64,000 bases of DNA from Podarcis liolepis (taxonomy: Eukaryota): NCBI GenBank assembly GCA_965112155.1, contig OZ218098.1, one strand, 5' to 3'. Positions 48,879 to 60,469 of this stretch are shown here, one piece after another. A program made the translations under genes and the position numbers. The notes beneath the pieces were generated by a model. The model was given only the letters and a program-made list of their open reading frames with translations. It did no database searches and had not been told where the DNA came from. How positions within the stretch are numbered: position 1 is the stretch's first letter; every line of letters begins with the position of its first letter.

Positions 48879-50775
48879 TACGACATCCCGCATCACTACG
48901 CCACCCGCATCACTACGACACTGAGAAGCCACTCCTAAATGCTCCAAGGAATAATCTCTACCAAAGTAATGTGAGAACCTTTTTCTTGTAACAAATGTGA
49001 AGCTGCAGCTCATGCTGTGGAGAAAAGCCCCATTTTTTCTCCTTCAAACTAGTGTCTCTCTTTTTTGAGGTTATCATATTTACCTGCAATCCTCAATATT
49101 TTGCTGCTACTGGCCAGTAGTTCCAACACCATCAGTGATGAGAGACAGCACTCTATCCCTGTACCAACTGAACTTTTCAGATTTTTAAAGGGCTTTTCCT
49201 AGTTTGCTTCCCTAAGAATGATAACATCTACTTTGTATATTCACTGATTAAATATTGTAAGTAAAATTAAGAAAGAAAACAAAAAAGAGGTTCCAGCCCC
49301 TGCAAGGCTACCCACTAATGTTCACTGAATGGATGAATTCAAGGCATGGAAAGGAGAAAAATATGAAAACCTTTCTATGCACAGGGTTTTTTTTCTGAAT
49401 AGGGAGGGAATAATTTAATTTCTTAATAGTGCTGCCACCCACCAACTAAGAAAAGTTCTTCAGAAACTGCAAAAGCTGCTTGCAAGGTAGCATGGGATAG
49501 AAGCACTTTTAAGATGAGAAGCTGAAAGCATTGTTATAGAGAGAGAGCTTCTTGCACACTTTCCTAGAGTGAGTCTTGGATTTTATTTGCTTTCCTCCCC
49601 TCTCCCTCCACTTCAGCTCAGTTTTAATTTGGATTCACAAACTTCTTTAAGCAAGGCTCAGAAAAGGAGTAACCATGCCTACAAAAAATTACATCCAGTG
49701 AAGAAGTAATTAAACAAGAATAGGCAGCAATGTCACAGCGTTTAGAATTGAGTTGATGCCCTTCCTGTGTGCAATGTTTTTTTATACAATTCTAATAAAA
49801 ATATGTGTCTGACAACAAAAATAAACACCCATCTAGAGCAGAGGAAGCCTAGTTATTTCTATATGATATGAATGGAAGGCCAGTTAAAAATGTTGTGAGT
49901 GAGCAATGCCTGTTTCTTTTTTTCTGGTAACATCTTTGAGAATCAGGATGTCTTGAGGGAGACTGTAGGGAAAGGTTATACGTCCTTCAAAAGACAAAGC
50001 AAATTCCATGCACACGTCATCAGTGGAAGAGATTCCTTTAAGTAGCTAGTACCTACAAAGAATATTTTGTGAGAGAGGAGGGTTATCAATGGAAACGTTT
50101 TAGGACATGTGTACAAGCAAGGGGAGAAATAAACTTATGTGCTCAACCACGGCAGGTGGGTTTAGGTTTGGTTGTGTGCATGCTAAGCATGAATTAGATT
50201 TCTACCAAAGAAGTATCAAGGCACATGGAGAAAGGCAATCGTTACATGCAGTGTCTGCATTTCTGCAGGATGGCATGGTAAATGTAGTTATTACAAATGT
50301 AAAATGCTAAAAAGCAGACAAATGAAATGATGTCTTATGTCATTTAACAAAGTGAGGTGACAGGGATCCAAAAAATTAAACTAATCAAAAGTTTACAGAG
50401 GGTAAATTTATGCAGCGTCATGGGGACATCTGGCAAAAATTCAATCTCTGCATTTCCCACATCTGTAGTAGAAGTGAAACAAAAACTAGTTTTATAAATG
50501 GCTTTCCCCTGCTTAACATTCAGAGGATGCTTCTAGACTAAAAAACATCCTTGGTGCTACCAATGAAAATGCCTTTGGATGAAGACAGAAATTCTGGAAA
50601 AGAGATTCTCCTCTGCAGTATGTATATTCTAAATGAGCAGAGTATTTAAATGGCTGAAAAAGAATGTGTTTTGTGTCTGCTTATCTGTGTGCTGACGGGG
50701 GAATCCCTTGAGTGTATAACAGATGGGTGCATCAAGTTCAAAAATTTATAAAGTCCCTTGGTCACTGTCTCTTAC

Positions 50776-50987
50776 CCAGTCTGACGTACAGGACATATTG
50801 CATTGAATCCCGAGGTTCTGTGTACAAGATGCTGCCACGCATGCTGAGCCAGATGATTGCGACTTCTGCGATCATGCAGCTAAGCAGAATACCCAGGTAG
50901 CCTCTGCCGTGGTCCACCAGGTTGAGAGAGCAGGTCTCATTGGGGTTGTAGGCCAGTCCAAAGAGCACCACAGAAAGGATTATGAAC
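50776..50987 (-). CDS. DAGLA: DAGLA exon 3 (212 nt): FIILSVVLFGLAYNPNETCSLN...MQYVLYVRL
   Basis: Within ORF 50762..51031. Acceptor cag, donor G|gtaaga. Confidence 0.97.
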
Positions 50988-51164
50988 CTGCCACACATAA
51001 GCACATACAATATTCCCTTGATAAACCTCAAGGTACCATATACATGAAAAAATAGTATTCAAAGAATGTCAACAGCAATATTATGATTGCAGGTCTGTGA
51101 AAATGTCTCTTTTTAATGTTTCCATGAAGTGCTTAGTTTATTTTATGCGCTAAACAAATAAGTA

Positions 51165-51425
51165 CCATATTTTTTGCTCTATAAGACTCACTTTTTCCCT
51201 CCTAAAAAGTAAGGGGAAATGTGTGTGCATCTTATGGAGCGAATGCAGACTGCACAGCTATCCCAGAAGGCAGAACAGCAAGAGAGATTGCTGCTTTTGC
51301 TGCGCAGCGATCTCCCTCTTGCTGTTCTGGCTTCTGGGATTCAGAATATTTTTTTTCTTGTTTTCCTCCTCCAAAAACTAGGTGCGTCTTGTGGTCTGGT
51401 GCTTCTTATAGAGCGAAAAATACGG
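51165..51425 (-). mobile_element. CCGTA-type Tc1/mariner non-autonomous element
   Basis: ccatattttttgctctataagac ... cttatagagcgaaaaatacgg. Related to 6310 and 56760. Confidence 0.8.
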
Positions 51426-51961
51426 CAGTTAGCTTTGAACATATTCACAACTGCATACATCTAATAAAACGAGCTTTTACCTATCAAAGCTCATCCCATA
51501 ATAAAACAGTTATCCTCTCTAAAGGCATCAGAGCCCTTTTAACATTTTATTCCACAATGTAATTATCTTGTTACTTTTAATGAAATAATTTGACAAGAGT
51601 TTCCAGAGTCAGCCACTAAAGGAATGTTATCAGTGGTATTATATTCAGTATACACCTGGGTCTGGGTTTCTGTGATTACAGGCAAATATCACACTTAGCC
51701 AATTTCAAATGTTCCACTAATGTCATCCATTTATTTGTGGTATATGTTTAGGGATTACTTTGATAGTAAAATGCTGCTGCTTAGCTAGTGGGGATTTTTT
51801 TTCCGCCCACATGCAGATTTCTGGATGGCATCCCAGAACACATTCTGTGTCCCTCTATAACTGAGAGAGAGAAAATTCCTTTTGACAGATCTGTCTACTT
51901 CTCCACTGTCATCAGGAGGTCTTAAAATGAGAATAGTAAAGGCGTGGACATGCTTTCAGTA

Positions 51962-51977
51962 GTCACTAGAGGGCAGA
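51962..51977 (+). promoter_or_regulatory. Candidate CTCF-binding site in DAGLA intron 2
   Basis: gtcactagagggcaga, one mismatch from CCASYAGRKGGCRS. Confidence 0.5.
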
Positions 51978-52321
51978 AGAAAATGTGGCAGGCACACGGT
52001 GCTGTAAACTCTACATCGAGATTATAATGTCAATATGGTATTACTATTCTTGCCTACATAATGATTTTATTATACATGATACATGAGTGTGCCCACATGA
52101 CAAAGGGTAAAACAATAAGCTGTCACAACTTTCATCACTTTGCTTGCCCTCTGGGAAGATGTGTGGCAACATGTAGATTCCCCAGTACACCACTGCTGAG
52201 TTATCCATAAAGAAACTTGTTGGTCAGAAGCAACCAAGGAACAACTGATAAGAAGCAATCATACAATATTGGTTTTACATTATAACACCTGACAAACTAA
52301 CATCCTTGGTTCATTCCAGGA

Positions 52322-52738
52322 CTGCAGTACCTCAAGGACTGCCTCTTTCCATGTGAACCTACTTGGACCCTGAGATCATCGTCTGAGGCCCTTCTTCATG
52401 TGCCTCCTCCTCGAGAGGTCCAGAGGGTAGCAACATGAGAACGGGACTTCTCTGAGGTGGCTCCCTGTCTGTGGAATGCTCTCCCCAGGGACGTTTGCCT
52501 AGCACCTTCATTATACACCTTTAGGCACCAGATAAAAACGTTCCTTTTTAACTAGGCCTTTGGTTGCTCTGATTTACATCCTATGTGCTTTTAAAATGGT
52601 TTTTTTTGGGGGGGCTATTGGGTTGTTGTTTTTATTTCTATTATGTATTTTGTGGTTTTATATCTTGATTTTATTCTGTGAACTGCCCTGAGATCTCTGG
52701 GTATAGGGCAGTAGATAAACTCTAATATAATAATGATG

Positions 52739-52791
<53 letters not shown>
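52322..52791 (+). mobile_element. L2-clade LINE 3' fragment with (TAA)n tail
   Basis: YLKDCL..., ..FSEVAPCLWNALP-type ORF2 end, T-rich UTR, and TAA microsatellite at 52723-52791. Confidence 0.8.
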
Positions 52792-53401
52792 TCCATGGGA
52801 TGCCATTGTAGGGCTTTAATTGTGGCAAAAGTTTTCCATACTATGTATTAACAGAAATGGTGAGAAGGTATGAAATACACTTTACCGTGGTTTATCAAGA
52901 TAATTCAACACAGTGTGTTGCATTAAATTCTGCATTAACTTACCTTTCTAATGATGTGAATTATGGCATTAGTCTAAAAAAGACTGATGTTATGAGTCAA
53001 CACTTGGGAAATCCCACCAATTGATACCTTTACTGTATTCTTTTCAGTGCCTACTGACAACATTCTGAGCTTTAACATCAGACGTTTAGAAAGTTTGTAT
53101 GAGTTTTAAATTGTTTTGTTGTGGTTACAACTTTATGCTCTAAACAATGGTTATAAATGATTAGTGATGATTTTATTGCTTTATCTTTTTTGAAAACGGC
53201 TTTGAGGATTTTTCTACAAACAGGCAGCATATACATTTTATGAAATGATTTTTTAAAAATGCAGTGTTTTGAATGACACTTTTTATAGGGGAGCAGGATG
53301 CTACCAATAACTGGAAAAAAGAGTAGCAAAACAGAACAAAAAAACTCTGCTCATTAGTAGAGTCATGGAAGCTTTCTGCTCAGGTGTATGTTTTCACTTA
53401 C

Positions 53402-53496
53402 CAAGTGGTATGAAGGAGAAAGAGAAAGATGGCTGGCAAAACAAGGTCATCACTGCCTACAGACCAGCGACGACGGAATACCACAATCCCTGGCAT
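53402..53496 (-). CDS. DAGLA: DAGLA exon 2, first coding exon (95 nt): MPGIVVFRRRWSVGSDDLVLPAIFLFLLHTTW
   Basis: Manual translation matches the DAGLA N-terminus. Donor TG|gtaagt. Confidence 0.97.
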
Positions 53497-53540
53497 GGCT
53501 AATGGGTCAGGGGAGGATCACCAGGCACAATGCTCACCTT
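53497..53540 (-). other. DAGLA: DAGLA exon 2, 5' UTR part (44 nt)
   Basis: Acceptor ttgttcttctgtttcag ends at 53541. An in-frame TGA lies upstream of the ATG. Kozak context gccATG. Confidence 0.8.
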
Positions 53541-56500
53541 CTGAAACAGAAGAACAAATAGCAATTAAGCAAGGTTTTTCCAGCCATCACAAAAATATGG
53601 CTGCTCACTTGTTCTAAGAACAGAATAGTTGTAATGATATCTCAGACAATTTCCCCACACAATTCTCACATTTGTACCCTGCCACTCTGAGTGATAGGTT
53701 AGGTAGTGATCCAGTTTTGAAGTTTAATTTCAACCCAGGGCTCCCCTTTCCAGTTGGACATTCTATCTCCTACAGACCTACACCATATTGGCTACCCAAG
53801 TCTCTTTCTCAACCCATGGCCATAAGGCAAGCCAAATTCATTTTTGTGAACTGCCATGGTCTCTGATTAATGTGGCCGTCCAGATTTTTTTTTTTTTTTA
53901 GATTCAAACTGGGCCCTCCAAAAGCTGAAAGCAGCCTCTAGGTACATGACCCAGTGCTACTGACATAGGTATATTTGGTATGGCTGTCTTCAGTACCCAC
54001 TGGAGAGGCCGTGGTGAGTGACCCACATGTATGCCACCCACAGGAGGATTTTGTGCAGGATTCTTCAATCCTTTAAAAACTACATTATTATATGAAAGGA
54101 GGGGTGCCTAGCCACATAGTCACATGTGCATTCATGCTGCCTTTAGTAAAGGAAAGGGGGGGCTAAACATTCACCACGTTGTACAGTAAATGAAATGGGT
54201 TAGGTAAAAATCACTTGCAACCTAGTCTTGTTACTTTTTTTTTTTTAGCAATCTTTAGAAGCCAGAGAGTCTCCCCTTCCCAACCCCCTTATAAATGTTC
54301 ATATAACTACTAAAAGCTAAACACTTGCTCTTTTAAAACTGAAGGTTAGGTAGATTCTGCAGTAATTGTCAGGATGATTTCCTTATTCATGCTTTGATGG
54401 TTTGAATGTTTGATCATGCCCAGCAAAAATAATATTGTGCCACTTCCTTGAACATGATGAAGATGAAGCGGTCATGCCACAATAAATGTGTTACTTTTAA
54501 AGATGCTCATGGGCTTGTTGTCGTTATTCTGATAAAAGACTATTCTTCTGGAGTTTATCCCTAAGGGCATGCAGATTCCTAAACTTTCTTGATACTGCTA
54601 TTCAGAGCTACAGATGATGCAACACCTGAATGTTTAAAAGAGGCATTAGGAGGATCAAAAGAAACACAGCTATAGATGAAGGGAGGTGAGCATTAGCTGA
54701 AAGTGGAGTAAAGCCCATGCTCACTGGATTCCAATTCACAAGATTAGTGGGAATCTTATTACAGAGCTCTGTATTGGTTACTGATCTTTTCTAGATGCCT
54801 GTGGAAGCTCTAACAGGTAGCTTAGCAACTTTATTCCATATTACACGTAGGATAAAAGCAGTGAAATTTTGGGTTTGGGGACATAATCTAAAGCCAGTCC
54901 TATGAACTATCATAAGGTATTCAGACTCTAAATTGCATTTGCACTTGCAAAGAAGTATGGATGCTAGGTTGGCATTCCCAAACTGTTTCCCTGGCAAGAA
55001 TGCTTGACCAGTCTGCTAACCTACTTTTAAAAAATTCTGGAATTCGTATCCATATTGGCACCTATTAATTTGTTCATTTTGGTCCAGTAGGTCCTCTGGA
55101 GAGTCAGCTGCTACAACATGGTGCTTGTGACCCAAATTCCAGCCTGTAACACAGCCTGTCAAAACCAATGAAGTGGAGCTTCCTGAATGGGTGGGTGGCA
55201 ATTTTTCTACAGAATGATTCTTCTGAAGAAAGAGATCCACTCAATCAGGAAGCTGAAGTTTGTCATACATGACAAACATTCAAGTTTTTCCAGTTTTGAC
55301 AGTGAGGTCTAAGCATACAAATGTATGTATCCCTGCATGAAAGTCAGCTCCACTGAATGAGGTAGGACTCACTTCAGAGTAAATATGTATGGTACTTGTC
55401 AAATGTTAACCTTTTCAAGGTGTGATAAACAAGGTGCACAGACATCTCTGTCATATCTTCACAGGATTGTGCATGGAAATGGATGTTGAATCACAACCAA
55501 AAAACCCACAGGACAACAGGAAGGCTTTTGATATTGGTTCTCCAAGACCAGCATATACAGTATGCCCATGATGTTATTAAAGCAGAAATTCCTACCCATA
55601 TGTCTGCAAGGTGTTACGTCAGGTTATGGGATTTGCAACAGGAAGGTTAGCCACATCAGTTATAAAGGGTATCAGTTTTAGCATTATGAACCAAAGCATG
55701 ATGCACATAATCTAAAATCTTGCTATCAGCTATTTTTATGACTGCAATTAGACACTGAGACTTTTGAATCCATTGGCTTGGATACTAAGCCTTCTACAAG
55801 TGGAAGAGCTCCTTCTGTTTATAGAAGACTTTAGATTCAGCAGAAGATCCCACTAATGAATAGCAGGGGAGGAGATATTCACAGATTCATGTCATACTTT
55901 TGTGGCCATAACAGACTTCTCCTAGAATAGAAATGGGAATGCATTCACAGCTGGAGGGAATCCTACAAGTAATATTTTGGCTGCAAGCACCTTGGGCTGG
56001 ATATTCAAAGAGCTTCTGAGTTATATAATTCATTTTACCACTGGCATCAGTCATCTCAGATACCAGTGTCACACTGGGATACTAGACAAAATTCAAGAGC
56101 GTTCCTAGTCTAAATCTGAATATCAGAATATCAGACTGTAAGGTCCATAATTTATCCACCCAGAAACAGTAATTATGCTAACTCATTTGGCCATAAGGAA
56201 TGATTCATTTTTCTGTGGATAGCAGCTGTACAATAATTCTCTTCACCCAGCACTCTGCTCACCCAAGCAACTGTTCAAAAACTTCCTCTGGCCTGAACAT
56301 CACAAACAGAATTTTTTTTATACTTCACCCCCCGCTCCCCACAGCTTATGAAGAGATCTCCCTATACCCCTTTGTGAAACACTAGAACTGATACAACAGA
56401 TTGCTCTGTGAGTTGCCCAAGCCCAGCTTGCATAGCAGCTCCATTCAAATTCAATGTCTAAAGAGCCTATTCTCAGTGCCCTTGCAGCAAGTGGCAGCTG

Positions 56501-56759
56501 TGGTTTTCAGTCAGCCCTTGCTTGCTTCCAGGCACAGCTGCCACAGGCATACATGCCAAAGGCACGTGCTGAAGCCAGCCCAGATCATCCTTTGGCAAGT
56601 CCCCCTGAATATTTCTGGATATTTAATGGCCAGATGCTTCTCTAGTGCTTCCTTTTCTCAGAAGCTTGTTAATGGCAACATTGCAGTTGGGGCCTATGCA
56701 TAGAGTCTTTCCTACTCACAAACTCTGGTGATGAATTTCAAATTAATCCCTACAATATA

Positions 56760-57186
56760 CTGTATTTTTCACTCTATAGGACGCACTTTTTCCCCTCCAA
56801 AAATGAAGGGGAAATGTGTGTGCGTCCTATGGAGCGAATGCAGGCTTCAGGCAGCTATCCGCAAGCCTTCTGAGCACGGCATGAGTTCCCGCCGGGCTCC
56901 GAAGGCTTGTGGATAGCAGCCTGTTCTGGGGACTGGGGTCGGGGGAAGCTCGGGCTTCCCCCATCCCCAGCCCCACAAGCTCTGGGAGCAGCAGCGAAGT
57001 TGCGCGTAATCTTGCCACCGCTCCTGGACCTGTTCTGGGGGCTGGGGTCGGGGGAAGCTTGGGCTTCCCCCGTCCTCAGTCCCACGGCTGGGGGGGGGGA
57101 ATAATTTTTTTTCTTTATTTCCCCCCCCCAAAAAAAACCTAGGTGCGCCCTATGGTCCGGTGCGCCCTATGGAGCGAAAAATACGG
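56760..57186 (-). mobile_element. CCGTA-type Tc1/mariner non-autonomous element, inverted relative to 6310-6774
   Basis: TA-flanked TIRs, and shares atgaaggggaaatgtgtgtgcgtcctat with the 6310 copy. Confidence 0.88.
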
Positions 57187-57807
57187 TAATTCTCAACTCC
57201 ATAAGTCAAAGCATACAGCACTTGTCTATATGGCCTTTCCCCGCAGAATGTGTCCTGGTGATTTTTGTACTGCTTCATGGGTGGAGTCACTACCCTGTTC
57301 TAAATATCCAGGTTGGTTGTACTGGTATTGAGTTTCTTTCTGAAAATGAACATCACTTGTCCACAATGTCCTCTTCAATGTCTGAACAGGTTCCAAGAGA
57401 CTATCAGGCCTAGGAGAGGTTTTGCTGCTTTGAAGGATAGTTGAGGTAACTTGAAGGGTCTGCCTACTAAATCTAGCAGTAGGAACTCAAGCCTTCCACA
57501 TAAACCAGAGAGCCTTTCTCAGCTGAAAGGTTTGCAACAGATTTGACAGTTGAAAGTGGCTCCATTTCTATTCAGGAATAAATAGCTTAGCTTCCTGATT
57601 CACGCCAGTAGTACTTCCTCTGTTCTTCGCAGAACAATTTGGCAAGAGTAGGTACAAGGAGGGGGGATATCTTCCTGATGTCCACAGCATCTTAGTTCTC
57701 CTCAGTCCTGCCTGGCTACATCTCAATTTATAATCCATCCTGATGACTTCACCAAGCACTAATAATATAGCTTAAGAAGGACCTGAACATGATCTATAAT
57801 AAGTCTC

Positions 57808-59446
57808 TCTCTCTCTTTTTTTTTTAATTAAATAAATTTTATTTCCGATATACACTCTTTTAAAATCACAAACTTACCAAAAAGAAAAAACACAAAAAAT
57901 AAACAAATATAAACAGTAAAACATCAAGACATAAATAAATTTCTCCAAAAGTACTAATTATCATATCGTCATTCTGACTTCCCTCCACCACGATTTAAGC
58001 TATATCACGTTAATAACCTTCTTGCAGTTCCTTCTTTCAACTTTTGTCTTTACTTCACAGATTCTATAGTTCACCTACTGTTATTTTAATGTCACCTAAG
58101 TTTTTTTCCATGTATGATATAAATTTATTCCAATCATTAATAAAGTTTTTATTACTCTGGTGCCTAATCTTCTGAGTCATTTTTGCCAACTCAGAGTACT
58201 CAAATAGCTTGTTTTGCCATTCACTAATAGTTGGGATTTTAGATGATTTCCAGTTCTGTGCCAACAGTATTCTGGCTGCTGCCATTGCATACTGGAACAT
58301 AGTTTGATCTTCTTTCCTGATCTCCTCACCGACCATTCCCAGAAGAAATGCTTCTGGTTTTTTTGGAAATGTGTATTTCATTATCTTTTTCAATTCGTCG
58401 TAAATAGAACCCCAGAACCTCTTCACTTCTTCACATGACCACCACATATGATGGAAGTCACCCTCTTTTTTTTTACATTTCCAACATCTTTTGTCTCCAG
58501 TCTTGTACATTTTCCCCAGCTTAACAGGAGTAATATGCCAACGATACATCATTTTTTCGATATTTTCTTGGAGGCTAACGCATGCTGTAAATTTTATATC
58601 CTTAGTCCAAAGTTTCACCCATCTCTCATATTCTAGACTGTATCCCAAATCTATGGCCCACTTTATCATGACCTCCTTCACCTCCTCGTCTTTAGTATCC
58701 CATTCCAGTAATTGATTGTACATTTTAGATAAAAGCTTACTCTTTCCTTCTAATATTTCTACCTGGAATTTTGATTTTTTCTCACTCATCCCTATTTTTT
58801 TGTGTTCATTCCATAGGGCATTAATTTGGTGAACCTGTAGCCACCCTATTGACTTATCCTTTAGTTCTTCATATGATTTAATTCTCCACCCTTTATCCGA
58901 TTTAGTCAGGAGATCTTCGTAGGTCCATCTTGGGTTCCCGTGTTTAAATTTTTAAGTGATGAGATATTAACTGGTGATAACCACCAAGGTATGCCCTTTT
59001 CCAACAGTCTTTTAGTTCTATTCCATACCTCTAACAACGCTCCTCTGACAATGTGGTGGGAGAATCCCTTATGAACCCTTTCTTTATCCTGCCATAAATA
59101 GGCGTGCCAGCCAAATCTAGCATCGAATCCTTCCAGGTCTAACACATCTGGATTTTCCAAAACTATCCAGTCCTTAACCCAACATAGGCATGCGGCCTCA
59201 TAATATAATTGCATATTCGGGACAGCAAACCCCCCTCTTTCTCTCCTGTCTGTGAGCAATTTAAACTTAATTCTTGCTCTCTTCCCCTGCCAGATAAACC
59301 TGGACAGGGTCCTCTGCCATTCCTTGAACATTGTCGTTCCTCTGATTACTGGAATATTCTGAAATAGAAATAGTATTTTTGGAAGGATGTTCATTTTTAT
59401 GGCCGCCATTCGTCCCTCCCAAGAGAGTGTTAGTCTACTCCAGATG
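57808..59446 (-). mobile_element. Young 5'-truncated L1-clade LINE (ORF2 C-terminal half, one frameshift) with perfect 15-bp TSD
   Basis: ORFs 58906..59463 (LPKILFLFQ, RGGFAVPN) and 58064..58789 (CWKC..GDFHHMWWSC zinc knuckle). TSD tctataataagtctc at 57793-57807 and 59447-59461. Confidence 0.93.
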
Positions 59447-60410
59447 TCTATAATAAGTCTCAATCAGGCCCAACATTTTTGATAATTTTGAGCTACTCTA
59501 TTTCCGTATCCTCCGGCATCTTGATTCTGTCGCTGTCCCAGGAGTATTGCTAGAGAGAGAGAGAGAGCACACTCATTGCTGCTATCAATGCACCTCAGAC
59601 TTGATCTTTTTTAATTGTTCTCTTAAGCAATTAACAAAATGGGCAACACCTAAATAATCTCATTTCTACTATATGCATCACAGTCAGGATTTGCTTCTCA
59701 AAGCACTCTTGTGGTAAGCACCAATATACTTTCTACGTCTATCTACAATTATCATATAATGTTGTTGTTTTACACAAGGTTCACATTCAAATGATCTAAG
59801 CAGAACTTCCAAGATTCAAACCATAGGAACTTTGGTGAAGTGGTTTCAGAGAATTCTCAAAAATGTTGTTGGAAAGTGTGCCTGACACCTTCCAGGTTAA
59901 CTAAGTGTCACTTTGTTTCTTAAATCAGAGGGCCCTCCCAGAGAAAATATTGTACCTTGAGCTGAACATCCAAGCACAGCTACCCCTGCCACCAAACAGT
60001 ATCCTTTGAAATGAAAGGAAGACTCTTCTCTTTCAGCTTAAAACAGGAGGATAAATGAGATGAACATGCAAATGTACATCTGAGTGTAGATGCAGTCTAT
60101 CTGTACTGCACCATTGGAATATATATTCCCCATAAGGATGTACCATTAGATACACATCCAAGTATCTGAGAGCGGCTCTCCTTCATTGGATTGGGCAAGG
60201 AAGTATAGATGACAGAGAAGAATTCTAGAGAGAAGGGAAAAGGAAGGAAGCTATCTTTTTTGTCTTGTCCCTCTTCTGTCCCCTCTGAGAAAATATGTAT
60301 GTCCTCCCATTTTTATGAATTTAATTGTAAAGGGCAGGTCTGCATTCACTGAGTAGCAGGGGCTGATTTCTTAATTTGAGATTCATTCACCTAACCCATC
60401 AAGTTGCTGA

Positions 60411-60469
60411 CATTATGAAGAATTGGTACCATTCTGAAGAACTGGTACCATTATGAAGAATTGGTACCA
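60411..60469 (+). repeat. 19-bp tandem repeat, 3 copies (cattatgaagaattggtac)
   Basis: Units at 60411, 60430 (two substitutions) and 60449. Confidence 0.9.

Larger units (their letters stand above)
26411..53540 (-). other. DAGLA: DAGLA gene body, from the start-codon exon to the stop codon (19 coding exons, predicted 1030 aa sn1-specific diacylglycerol lipase alpha)
   Basis: Joined exons translate MPGIVVFRRRWSVGSDD...GHSLGAG...GKDLVPR...HEHLP...PPRLF...MISAL*. Exon lengths sum to 3093 nt with consistent phases. All introns are GT-AG except one GC-AG. Confidence 0.98.
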
